This document shows, in pieces, positions 9,101 to 16,703 of a DNA stretch of 64,000 nucleotides. Below the pieces are notes generated by a model, which saw only the letters and a list, made by a program, of their open reading frames with translations, was not told the origin of the DNA and did no database searches. The position numbers were made by a program, and so were the translations under genes. The stretch's first letter is position 1; the number at the start of each line of letters is the position of its first letter. The stretch is from assembly GCA_013213905.1 (NCBI GenBank), contig JABSSQ010000001.1, forward strand, positions 54,980 to 118,979, in the 5' to 3' direction. The DNA comes from Verrucomicrobiales bacterium (GTDB lineage Bacteria > Verrucomicrobiota > Verrucomicrobiia > Verrucomicrobiales > DEV007).

Positions 9101-9257
9101 GAAGAAAGACAGCCCGATTGCGGCGCGGTTTGAAGAGGTGGTTTCGCTCAACGAGGATGCGCTGGCTGTGATTATTACGATGGAGGAGAAGGCCTTCCCT
9201 CATGGAATCAATCATTACGTCGTCACTGACTACATCACCGAGGGTTGGTTTCGTTAA
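6135..9257 (+). CDS. Large bitopic membrane protein: N-terminal Zn ribbon, Pro/Glu-rich disordered linker, one TM helix, C-terminal globular domain
   Basis: CSNC...CPKC at the N-terminus; about 550 low-complexity P/E-rich residues; hydrophobic AVVMLSAIGAVAIIAVVVVVLLINALGG; GTG start. Confidence 0.8.
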   Translation: MKKIKFTCSNCQAKLRVPTHLAGVTAPCPKCGAKITAPADFENFIEEEPRSSSPARKPAAALRQKAVTPEPATTLVGASSATQQVAELPSPEPMVPAAVAPVTPESVADSNYSTEEIIVESKSISAPEPEPVIAPDSLPRVVLPEPMTPPVETVDAETTAPIPVPQPPKAPVSTGGVVAPPAPVIPDNIPAAIQHDVITPIPPEPAEEPPAVAKTQPIKINPRPSSLPPVREADTSVPGELPRLDTSLAGQGDNAADTLTPEEEPEPTKLVLPMPGDTTEQFTPGDFIVPTHTSDEGLAEIEEEINELPDFSDLEEPVEAIEPITPIIPVTTAPPAAEELAPEPAPRFPAPIGEVVAPLDEVIEEPVEAGEPLVEETIEVPEPVVPASLVRGELAVSIDELEVSEEEPSISMDELEVEPLEPKTGPLETAQNDLTSELGLEPVVEVEVVEGPPAEDDSELGDDFDQFISGVDSPGDGSSDVKARLDLDELSSSGAEESDPILDIFAESEEEEQPKASLSEGSFESLLSEQAEPEQQGIPKPRKLVIPLKAPRAPEAEVAESEEVPEKIAATNELDEMFCSSSGSGKSGGPSRTAVVMLSAIGAVAIIAVVVVVLLINALGGIDVATPEPEVEPPPPAIANGPESLASSNPGMTPGFDSPGGEAPTSISSPVPPTMATELTEPPATTENPIATVPPAPPVENPPVEPIPVNNGAADATVTGEEGDAPAMSFDERVLSIVNGDFSPEGVGNAGPTSLSPTEMANSAASEFVTAVGDNAPGVAPLVGVPDDQLPTAVAEGAASPAARSVSNYNPEDSFPAPTSPDDLLGRTHDLLDAYLRAPDWETRMKYVYRGDSLRPSIEEYYQKWPFKQLGTFSKVLFQMEPNKEIGGPYWVYLISTSDNDSGFPMIIREEDGLLKVDWEVFSEFQDEHFVKFLAGDIPSPHTLRVVINRVSDYYGPDRDGFTNLDDYFVYQVNPPYGGLNEFSTYAFVKKDSPIAARFEEVVSLNEDALAVIITMEEKAFPHGINHYVVTDYITEGWFR

Positions 9258-9263
9258 TCTCGA

Positions 9264-10160
9264 ATGGAGCGGGACATTGAACGCTTCATGCGCTACCTGG
9301 CCGTCGAAAAGGGGCTGTCGGACAACTATCAGTTGTCCGTGCGCCGAGCACTCGATCACCTGGCGGAGTGGCTCGAGAATGAACGGGATGTGACGGAGCC
9401 GGGGCAGGTTACTCTTGACCATCTAACAGCTTACCTGGCCCATCGCCGGCTGGATGATCGTCTCGCGAGTTCAAGCCTTCGAGTCAACCTGATCGCTATC
9501 AAGATCTTCTTCCGCCACCTAGCCGGCAAGGGCAAGTTAAGTGAAGATGTGGCCGAAGGTATCGACTCGCCCAAGGTTGAGAAATATTTGCCGGAGACAC
9601 TGAACGAGCCGTCGGTGAAGAAGCTGCTCGAAGCGTCTCGTGAGGACAGCCGCCCCCTCGCTCGTCGCGATACTGCCATTCTCGAGCTTCTTTATTCCAG
9701 CGGGCTGCGCGTTTCCGAGCTCGTGAATGCCCGACTCGAAAACCTCTACCTCGAGGACGGTGCCATCCGGGTAACGGGCAAGGGGAATAAGACGCGTGTG
9801 GTTCCCGTGGGCTCTGCGGCATTGGAGGCCCTCAATCGCTATCTCGAGGGAGAGCGTCCCTCACTTGTCAGTCGGCAGACGGGAAGCGAGATCTTCCTCT
9901 CGAAGTGGGGTAAGAGACTCACCACGACACGCATCTGGCAGATTGTGAAGCAGCGAGCCAAGCTCGCCGGTATCGAACAGAATGTTTATCCTCACCTGCT
10001 GCGGCATTCCTTTGCGACGCACCTGCTTGGCAATGGTGCCGACTTGCGAGTGATTCAGGAATTATTGGGTCACGCCGACATTTCAACGACGCAGGTCTAC
10101 ACGCACGTGGATCAAAAACAGCTTCGCGATGTGCATCGGAAGTTTCACCCGAGAGGGTGA
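9264..10160 (+). CDS. xerD: Tyrosine recombinase XerD
   Basis: ELLYSSGLRVSEL, GKGNKTR, PHLLRHSFATHLL, LLGHADISTTQVYTH, H(R)KFHPR C-terminus. Confidence 0.9.
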   Translation: MERDIERFMRYLAVEKGLSDNYQLSVRRALDHLAEWLENERDVTEPGQVTLDHLTAYLAHRRLDDRLASSSLRVNLIAIKIFFRHLAGKGKLSEDVAEGIDSPKVEKYLPETLNEPSVKKLLEASREDSRPLARRDTAILELLYSSGLRVSELVNARLENLYLEDGAIRVTGKGNKTRVVPVGSAALEALNRYLEGERPSLVSRQTGSEIFLSKWGKRLTTTRIWQIVKQRAKLAGIEQNVYPHLLRHSFATHLLGNGADLRVIQELLGHADISTTQVYTHVDQKQLRDVHRKFHPRG

Positions 10161-10205
10161 GTGAGCGGGCCGGAGGACACCGACGTCCGACGTCCGACGT
10201 GGCGT

Positions 10206-10610
10206 TTAGTCCTCGTCGCGCTTCCACCAGTCGGCGGGGCGCTCCCAGGGATCGGGGGATTCGATCGGTTCCTCGAAAGAGTTGTCTTCCACGAAAAGAG
10301 GATTCTCTTCCTCCTCTGCTTCTTCGCGGGCAATCTCTTCGAGCAAAGCGTCAAGACCGTCAGGAGTTTCTGTGCAGCGCTTCTCGCGCCAGATGAGGTA
10401 GCCAAAGAAAATACCGATTCCGGCGACAAGACCGACAACGAGACCAACCAGGAAAAGGGCCATGGCGCTGTCCGCGTTTACCCATTGGCTGGTTCCCATT
10501 CCGAAACCGGCATGTGCCTCCCGATTGAGTTGGAGCAGTCCGTCGATGGCCATCAGGCCGAGGATGAAGGCGCCGAAAATGAAGGCAAGGCGATTCGCTG
10601 AAAATTTCAT
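10206..10610 (-). CDS. Small hypothetical membrane protein (2 TM helices, acidic tail ending WERPADWWK)
   Basis: Two hydrophobic segments; fills the gap after xerD. Confidence 0.65.
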   Translation of the reverse strand: MKFSANRLAFIFGAFILGLMAIDGLLQLNREAHAGFGMGTSQWVNADSAMALFLVGLVVGLVAGIGIFFGYLIWREKRCTETPDGLDALLEEIAREEAEEEENPLFVEDNSFEEPIESPDPWERPADWWKRDED

Positions 10611-10815
10611 GGCACGGAATGGTCCGATTCGCAGGTTTGCGATTCGGCTTCGCGAAGTATATCAAATCTGCGGATTCGAACAACTGTAAATTCCATTTTC
10701 AAGGGGGTATATTCACTTTCTCAAGAATGAGAAAGCCCGTGGAATCAGGGTACGCGAGCAGACAGAGGCTCACGTGTGGCCGTTACTCAGCGGGTGTGTC
10801 AGGGCTGCTGCCTGA

Positions 10816-11259
10816 TCACTTGCAGGTGCCGCAGCGACCGTAGAATTCGAGTTCGTGCTCGAGATCGGAATAACCGCAGTCTGATGCGATCTGATCTTCG
10901 AGATGTTCGACAGGGCAGGCGATATCCAGGACTTCGATGGAGCCGCAGTCGCGACAGATCAGGTAGTCCTGGTGATGACCTTCGCGAAGGCAGTAGTGAG
11001 CGGCTCGACTGTGAAAACCGATACGCCTCACGATACGGTGTTCCTCCAGCTTGGTAATGAGCCGGTAAATGGTGGCCGGATCGCAATCCACGTCAAAATC
11101 CGGGGAATCGGCAATCTGATGCAGGGTCAGCGGCTGCTCCGCCGATGCCAGCACCTTCAATGCCGAGACCAGTGCCTTGGTTTTCCTGAGGCCGGCCTTG
11201 CTGCATGCGGCAAGGAGACCATCAAGACTGTGGGCTTCAGTATCGTGGGAGTGAGACAT
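10816..11259 (-). CDS. Fur-family transcriptional regulator (Fur/Zur/PerR-like)
   Basis: GLRKT..., PATIYRLI, HHQDYLICRDCG and HELEFYGRCGTC (two CxxC motifs). Confidence 0.9.
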   Translation of the reverse strand: MSHSHDTEAHSLDGLLAACSKAGLRKTKALVSALKVLASAEQPLTLHQIADSPDFDVDCDPATIYRLITKLEEHRIVRRIGFHSRAAHYCLREGHHQDYLICRDCGSIEVLDIACPVEHLEDQIASDCGYSDLEHELEFYGRCGTCK

Positions 11260-11280
11260 GGGATTCGGCTATAACGTAAA

Positions 11281-11299
11281 GCGTGAGATTATCTCACGC
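11281..11299. promoter_or_regulatory. Perfect 9-1-9 inverted repeat GCGTGAGAT-T-ATCTCACGC, candidate Fur-family operator
   Basis: Sits 21 bp upstream of the Fur-family start, in the divergent spacer shared with a sulfatase. Confidence 0.6.
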
Positions 11300-11369
11300 A
11301 AGACAGGATCGGATATCCGCCATTGCTGTTTTTGGTGGGAGCGTGTTATCCATCCTGCCTCATCTAAAA

Positions 11370-12830
11370 ATGAAAGCTCTTACTTTTCTGATTCTTGCTC
11401 TGGTTTTCCTTGCTTCGGCGGCCTCTCGCGCTGCCGAGCCGATGAATATTGTGTTCCTGCTGACTGACGACCAGACGATTTATTCGCTGGGATGCTACGG
11501 GAATGATGATGTCCAGACCCCTCACATGGATTCGCTGGCGAAGGACGGGATGGCCTTTGATCGTCATTACGATACCACGGCGATCTGCATGGCGAGCCGG
11601 GCGACGATCTTCACCGGTCTCTTCGAGTATCGGAACGGTTGCAACTTCGAGCACGGGCATCTCGTCAGAGAGCATTGGGACAAGAGCTACCCGCTCGTGC
11701 TTCGAGACGCCGGATACCGCACTGCCATGGGCGGCAAGATTGGCATCGAGGTATCCGACAAGCCGGACGACAAAAAGGGAGGCTACCTGCCTGAAGACGA
11801 TTTCGATGTCTGGGGAGCCGGTCCGGGCCAGACGAGCTACGACACCAAGAAAAACAAATCGATGGTGATGTATGCCGAGGAGTACCCTCACGCGAGTGTT
11901 TCTTACGGAGCCTTTGGCAGGGATTTTATCATGGAGTCAGCCAAGGAGGAGGCGCCCTTCTGCCTCTCGATCAGCTTCAAGGCACCTCACATGCCGGCGA
12001 CTCCCGATCCGCAGTTCGATCACATTTACGAAGGCAAGACATTCAAGAAGCCGGTCAACTACGGTCGCGAGAATGGTGAGCACTTCTCTCTACAGAGTCG
12101 CCAGGGACGCCAGTATGAACGCTTCGAAAGCTGGGGCTACAAAGACAATTACGATCAGGTCATGGCGACCTATCATCAGCAGATCTACGGGGTGGATGTC
12201 GCGATCGGAATGATTCGTGAAGCGCTCGAGGAGGCCGGAGTGGCGGATAACACCGCTATCATTTTCACTTCAGACAACGGATTCCTTTGTGGGTCTCACG
12301 GTTACGGTTCCAAGGTGATTCCCTACGAGGAATCTTCGCGGGCTCCAATGATCATGTACATCCCCGGACACGAGAATTCCGGCAAACAATTTCGTAGCAG
12401 TGCCCTGACCGGGAATACGGATTTCTATCCGACTATGCTCGAGCTGGCCGGCCTTGAGGTGCCTGAAGGCATTGACGGAAAGAGCCTGCTTCCGCTCTAT
12501 GACGATCCGGCCGCTGAAACGCACACTCAGTTGCCACTCATTAACGTGTGGGGTCCCAAAGCCGTCCAGAGTCTCGGGGTGGTGACCAAGGACTGGAAAT
12601 ACATCTATTGGCCCTATGATGAGAAGGATGGCTTCGAGAAAACCGAGGAAATGTATCACCTCGGGAAAGACCCTCATGAGCTGACCAACCTGATTTCAAA
12701 TCCCGAGCATCACGAAATGCTTAAGGAGCTGCGCCAGAAATATGACGGTGAGCTCGACGCCTGGAAAGAGAAGGCCGTGCCCTATCACAACTACCAGCCC
12801 TACGGCGAGTGGTTCGAGCGGGCCGAGTGA
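11370..12830 (+). CDS. Secreted S1-family sulfatase (motif CMASR)
   Basis: Signal peptide MKALTFLILALVFLASAASRA; NIVFLLTDDQ, ICMASRATIFTG, FKAPH, TSDNG, YHLGKDPHELTNL. Confidence 0.92.
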   Translation: MKALTFLILALVFLASAASRAAEPMNIVFLLTDDQTIYSLGCYGNDDVQTPHMDSLAKDGMAFDRHYDTTAICMASRATIFTGLFEYRNGCNFEHGHLVREHWDKSYPLVLRDAGYRTAMGGKIGIEVSDKPDDKKGGYLPEDDFDVWGAGPGQTSYDTKKNKSMVMYAEEYPHASVSYGAFGRDFIMESAKEEAPFCLSISFKAPHMPATPDPQFDHIYEGKTFKKPVNYGRENGEHFSLQSRQGRQYERFESWGYKDNYDQVMATYHQQIYGVDVAIGMIREALEEAGVADNTAIIFTSDNGFLCGSHGYGSKVIPYEESSRAPMIMYIPGHENSGKQFRSSALTGNTDFYPTMLELAGLEVPEGIDGKSLLPLYDDPAAETHTQLPLINVWGPKAVQSLGVVTKDWKYIYWPYDEKDGFEKTEEMYHLGKDPHELTNLISNPEHHEMLKELRQKYDGELDAWKEKAVPYHNYQPYGEWFERAE

Positions 12831-12843
12831 TCTGCTGAAAGTA

Positions 12844-12880
12844 AACAGGGTTAAGTGAGTGACCTAACCCTGTTGGTTCC
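12844..12880. repeat. AACAGGGT...ACCCTGTTGG hairpin element, copy 1
   Basis: 30/37 identical to 62402-62438; internal inverted repeat. Confidence 0.55.
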
Positions 12881-12884
12881 GGTG

Positions 12885-12958
12885 TTCAGTATTCAGTAAA
12901 CGGTAGCTCAGTATTCAGATTCTGAACGGATTACTGAAAACTGATTACCGATTACTGA
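12885..12958. repeat. 7-nt-periodic imperfect inverted repeat (TTCAGTA arms / TACTGA arms) at a convergent junction
   Basis: Left arm TTCAGTA TTCAGTA AACGGTA; right arm GATTACT GAAAACT GATTACC GATTACT. Confidence 0.6.
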
Positions 12959-14713
12959 TCAATAGACGTCACGCTGGTAGCGCTTCTCTTTGCGGAGAGC
13001 TGAGAGCCAGTCCTTGGCTTCTTTGGCGTCTTTGCCGCCGTGCTCCTGCGCGATATCCATGAGCGCCTGGTGGACGTCCTTGGCCATGCGGGAGGCATCG
13101 CCGCAGACGTAGAAATGGGCGCCACCTTCGAGCTGCTTCCAGATCTCGGCACCGTGTTCCATGAGACGATGCTGAACGTAGATCTTTTCCTTCTGGTCGC
13201 GGGAGAATGCGGTGGTGAGCTCGGTCAGGATGCCGTCCTCGAGGTAGTCGAGCCATTCCAGCTGGTAGAGGAAATCGTAGGAGAAGTGCTGGTCTCCGAA
13301 AAAGAGCCAGTTCTTGCCTTTGGCCTCGGTCGCGGCGCGTTCTTCAACAAAGGCACGGAAGGGAGCAATGCCGGTTCCGGGGCCCACCATGATGACGTCG
13401 GTGTCACCACTTTCAGGCAGGCGGAAATTGTTGTTCCCGTGGAAGTAGACCCTAACCTTGTCGCCCACGGCCACCTCGTCAGCGACGAATGTGGAGCAGA
13501 CACCGACGCGGTCGCGTCCATGGCTGTTGTAGCGCACTGCTGCGATCGTGAGGTGGACTTCGTCTTCGTGCGCCTTGAGGCTGGACGCGATCGAGTAGAG
13601 GCGCGCGGCAAGGGGGCGGAGAATTTCGGTGAAGCTTTCGGCTGTCCATTCCTTGAATGGGTAGGCTTCGATGAGGTCCACGAGTTGGCGGCCCCAAATC
13701 CAATCTTTAAAAGTCGCCTTGTCAGCGATGGCCGCTTCGAGATCCTTGCTGCCGACCACGCCATTGTATTTCATGGCGATAGCGGCACTCAATGAGGTGA
13801 TGTCGAAATCAACCTCGAGCGCCTCGACGAGAGTCTTGTCACCGAGTTTGGCGTTAGCTTTGAGGCCGGTAGCGGCGAGAACAGCCTCAACGTCAGCCGC
13901 GCGGTTGACCGGGTAGATGCCGAGTGCATCACCGGGCTGGTAAGTCAGTCCGGACCCTTCGAGCGAAAGCTCAACGTGGAGCGTCTCCTTGATGGAGCCT
14001 GTGCCGTTGAGAACGACCTTTTCGAGAATCTCGGCTTCGTAGGGATTGGCCTTGTCGTAGGCAGCAGTTGGAGCGGCAGCCATGACAGCTTCAGCGGGCA
14101 CTGCCGCAGCAGCAGAGGGAAGGGCGCCGATGGCACCGTCCAGCCACTTGTCGAAAGCGGCCTGGAAATCAACATCGCAGTCAACGCGATCAAAGACGCG
14201 TTCACCGCCGAGCGCAGCGAGGCGGGAATCGAAGTCTTTACCCATCTTGCAGAAGTGCTCGTAGCTGGTGTCGCCCAGACCACAGACGGAGAACTTCACT
14301 CCATTGAGCTTGGGCATGCCGTCACCCATGAACTCTTCGTAGTAATCGACGGCAGCATCAGGCGGATCGCCTTCGCCCCAGGTGCTGACAACGACGAGAA
14401 GGTTCTCGGCCTTCTTCAAGTCGGCAGGCTTGGAGTCGCCCATGTTGACTACCTTCGTTTTGAAGCCGGCCTTATCGGCAGTCTTCTGGATGGTGCCGGA
14501 AAGCTTTTCGGCGTTTCCGGATTCAGAACCGTAGAGGACGGTCAGGGGAGTCTTGGCACCGCCTGCCGCGGGAGCAACCGCCCCGCCAGTGGCGAAACCA
14601 ATGCCTGAATAAAAACCTGCAAGCCAGTTGGCCTGATCCGGTGTGAGCCCGGCGGCAAGGTTCTGCGCTTGAAGCAGCTTCTCGGGCGGCAACGGAGAAT
14701 TTGAGGAACTCAT
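12959..14713 (-). CDS. cysJ: Assimilatory sulfite reductase flavoprotein (alpha) subunit
   Basis: Flavodoxin motifs YGSESGNAE, STWGEGDPP and GLGDTSY; RLYSIASS, MVGPGTGIAPFRAF, RYQRDVY end. Confidence 0.95.
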   Translation of the reverse strand: MSSSNSPLPPEKLLQAQNLAAGLTPDQANWLAGFYSGIGFATGGAVAPAAGGAKTPLTVLYGSESGNAEKLSGTIQKTADKAGFKTKVVNMGDSKPADLKKAENLLVVVSTWGEGDPPDAAVDYYEEFMGDGMPKLNGVKFSVCGLGDTSYEHFCKMGKDFDSRLAALGGERVFDRVDCDVDFQAAFDKWLDGAIGALPSAAAAVPAEAVMAAAPTAAYDKANPYEAEILEKVVLNGTGSIKETLHVELSLEGSGLTYQPGDALGIYPVNRAADVEAVLAATGLKANAKLGDKTLVEALEVDFDITSLSAAIAMKYNGVVGSKDLEAAIADKATFKDWIWGRQLVDLIEAYPFKEWTAESFTEILRPLAARLYSIASSLKAHEDEVHLTIAAVRYNSHGRDRVGVCSTFVADEVAVGDKVRVYFHGNNNFRLPESGDTDVIMVGPGTGIAPFRAFVEERAATEAKGKNWLFFGDQHFSYDFLYQLEWLDYLEDGILTELTTAFSRDQKEKIYVQHRLMEHGAEIWKQLEGGAHFYVCGDASRMAKDVHQALMDIAQEHGGKDAKEAKDWLSALRKEKRYQRDVY

Positions 14714-14795
14714 TGTGAAAGCAATTTAGCTAGCAGCTGATTTGGCCGTTTAGCTTGGTTGTAATGAAAGGGTTCGAATGAAGATGGCTCAATGA

Positions 14796-16550
14796 TTAAA
14801 CAGCTAACTCAGGCTCTACGAAGTCCTTGTGGAAATCGCGTCCGTTTTCGGTGGCCTTGATGTAGCCGGCGCGAATGGTGAAGTCACCGAAGTGCTCTCC
14901 TTCTTCACGGTTCTTGGCATAATCTTCGATGATGGGTTTGAGAATCTTGGCGGCGTCCGTGCTCTTCACTGACGGAGCGTAGAGCTTACTGAGACGCTCA
15001 CCGTGGAAACCGCCACCGAGGTAGAGGTTGTATTTCCCGGGGGCACGACCAACAAAACCGATCTCGGAGATGTAGGGGCGGGCGCAACCGTTGGGGCAAC
15101 CCGTCATGCGGATGGTAATCGCATCGTGACGGAGACCGACACTTTCGATCACTTCATCAATTTCGGTGATGAGGTCAGGAAGGTAGCGCTGTGACTCCGC
15201 GAGAGCCAGGCCGCAAGTCGGCAGGGCCACGCAGGCCATGGAGTTGAGGCGCAGGGCGCTTCGCTCGTAGGAGTCGACCATCTTGTGAGCCTCGAGGATT
15301 TTCTCAATCTCAGCTTTCTTGGCCGGGGAAATGTTCGCGATGATAAGATTCTGGTTCGCAGTAAGGCGGAAGTCGCCGTCGTGGATCTTGGCGATTTCAC
15401 GAAGACCGGTCATGAGAGGGTAGTCATCGGTGTCGTAGATGCGACCGTTCTCAATGAACATGGTGTAGTGGAAGTTACCGCTGTGATCTTCGATCCAGCC
15501 GTAGCGGTCTCCGTTGTGCTCGAACTTGAATTCGCGAGGCTCACCCAGCTTGAAGCCGCAGAGCTTCTCCACTTCTTCACGGAAGGCATCGATGCCCATG
15601 CGCTCGACGGTGTACTTGAGTCGGGCATTCGTGCGGACATCGCGGTTTCCGAAGTCGCGCTGAACGCGGACCACAGCCTCGCCGACGAGGACAGCCTGCT
15701 CCGGGGTGCAGAAGCCAAGCTGGTCTGCAAGGCGGGGAAAGGTTTCTTCATTGCCGTGGGTCATGCCCATGCCACCGCCGACGGTGACGTTGTAGCCGAC
15801 GATCTTGTCGTCGCCTTCAAGGATGGCGATGTAGCCCAGGTCGTGAGCGTAGATGTCGACGTCGTTGCTCGGAGGCACGGCGATCACTGTCTTGAACTTA
15901 CGAGGCAGGTAGAGCTTTCCGTAGATCGGTTCTTCTTCATCGGCGATGTCGTCGATCTTGGGCGGGTCGTAGGTGACCTTCACCTTTTCGCCGGTGCCGT
16001 CGTCAATCCAGATGTCGTGGTAGGCTCCGGTACGCGGGCTGAGGTGATCAGAAATCTCCGTCGCGAGCTGCAGTACTTCCCCGTGAACCTTGGATTGGTT
16101 CGGGTTGGGGTTGCACATCACGTTGCGGTTCACATCACCGCAGGCTGCGAGGGTGTCGAAGAGAGCCTCGTTGATCTCGGCGATGGACTTCTTGAGATTG
16201 CTTTTAATCACGCCGTGGAACTGGAACGCCTGGCGGGTCGTCAGCTTGATCGCTCCGTTGGCGTGCTCCTGGGCAATGCGGTCCATGTCGAGCCACTGCT
16301 CCGGAGTCGAAACACCACCGGGCACGCGCACGCGAATCATGAATGAGTAGGCGGGCTCCAGCTTCTTCTTGCGGCGTTCCTTGCGAATGTCGCGATCGTC
16401 CTGCTGGTAGATCCCGTGGAACTTCGTGAGCTGCTGGTCATCGGCAGACAAAGAACCTGTGCTGGTGTTGGCCAATCCTTCGAGAATGGTTCCGCGCAGG
16501 TAGTTACTGGCATCCTTGATGCCTTCGTTGGCTGTTTTTCCCACTTTCAT
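14796..16550 (-). CDS. cysI: Assimilatory sulfite reductase hemoprotein (beta) subunit
   Basis: KFHGIYQQDDRD, LTTRQAFQFHG, ACGDVNRN, LPRKFK, CVALPTCGLA, RMTGCPNGCARP. Confidence 0.96.
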   Translation of the reverse strand: MKVGKTANEGIKDASNYLRGTILEGLANTSTGSLSADDQQLTKFHGIYQQDDRDIRKERRKKKLEPAYSFMIRVRVPGGVSTPEQWLDMDRIAQEHANGAIKLTTRQAFQFHGVIKSNLKKSIAEINEALFDTLAACGDVNRNVMCNPNPNQSKVHGEVLQLATEISDHLSPRTGAYHDIWIDDGTGEKVKVTYDPPKIDDIADEEEPIYGKLYLPRKFKTVIAVPPSNDVDIYAHDLGYIAILEGDDKIVGYNVTVGGGMGMTHGNEETFPRLADQLGFCTPEQAVLVGEAVVRVQRDFGNRDVRTNARLKYTVERMGIDAFREEVEKLCGFKLGEPREFKFEHNGDRYGWIEDHSGNFHYTMFIENGRIYDTDDYPLMTGLREIAKIHDGDFRLTANQNLIIANISPAKKAEIEKILEAHKMVDSYERSALRLNSMACVALPTCGLALAESQRYLPDLITEIDEVIESVGLRHDAITIRMTGCPNGCARPYISEIGFVGRAPGKYNLYLGGGFHGERLSKLYAPSVKSTDAAKILKPIIEDYAKNREEGEHFGDFTIRAGYIKATENGRDFHKDFVEPELAV

Positions 16551-16580
16551 GTGTGTTTCCGAGGAGGAAAGGGTAAAGAT

Positions 16581-16675
16581 TTTAAAGTTAAGTCGTTTAC
16601 TAAGGTATTGACGAAGGCTTTTCGCAAGGGGTTTTTGGGAAAAGTTTTAAAGTTGCGTCATTTACTAAGGTATTG
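16581..16675. promoter_or_regulatory. Two 30-bp direct repeats (27/30 identical; core TTTACTAAGGTATTG), candidate Rrf2/CymR-type operators
   Basis: Copies at 16581-16610 and 16646-16675, in the divergent cysI / rrf2 spacer. Confidence 0.65.
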
Positions 16676-16703
16676 TAGAACCTTTAGCGCTACCTTACTC
16701 CCG

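Noticed and set aside
9264-10160. Prophage or genomic-island integrase reading of the tyrosine recombinases
   Set aside because: Both have about 300-aa XerC/XerD length and signatures, housekeeping neighbours, no tRNA target, no att repeats and no cargo.
13040-16346. Long opposite-strand ORFs over cysJ/cysI; similar shadows over nuoBC, dapL, pst, phoD and the sulfatases
   Set aside because: Strong codon bias leaves the antisense frame stop-poor. The recognisable conserved motifs are all on the annotated strand.
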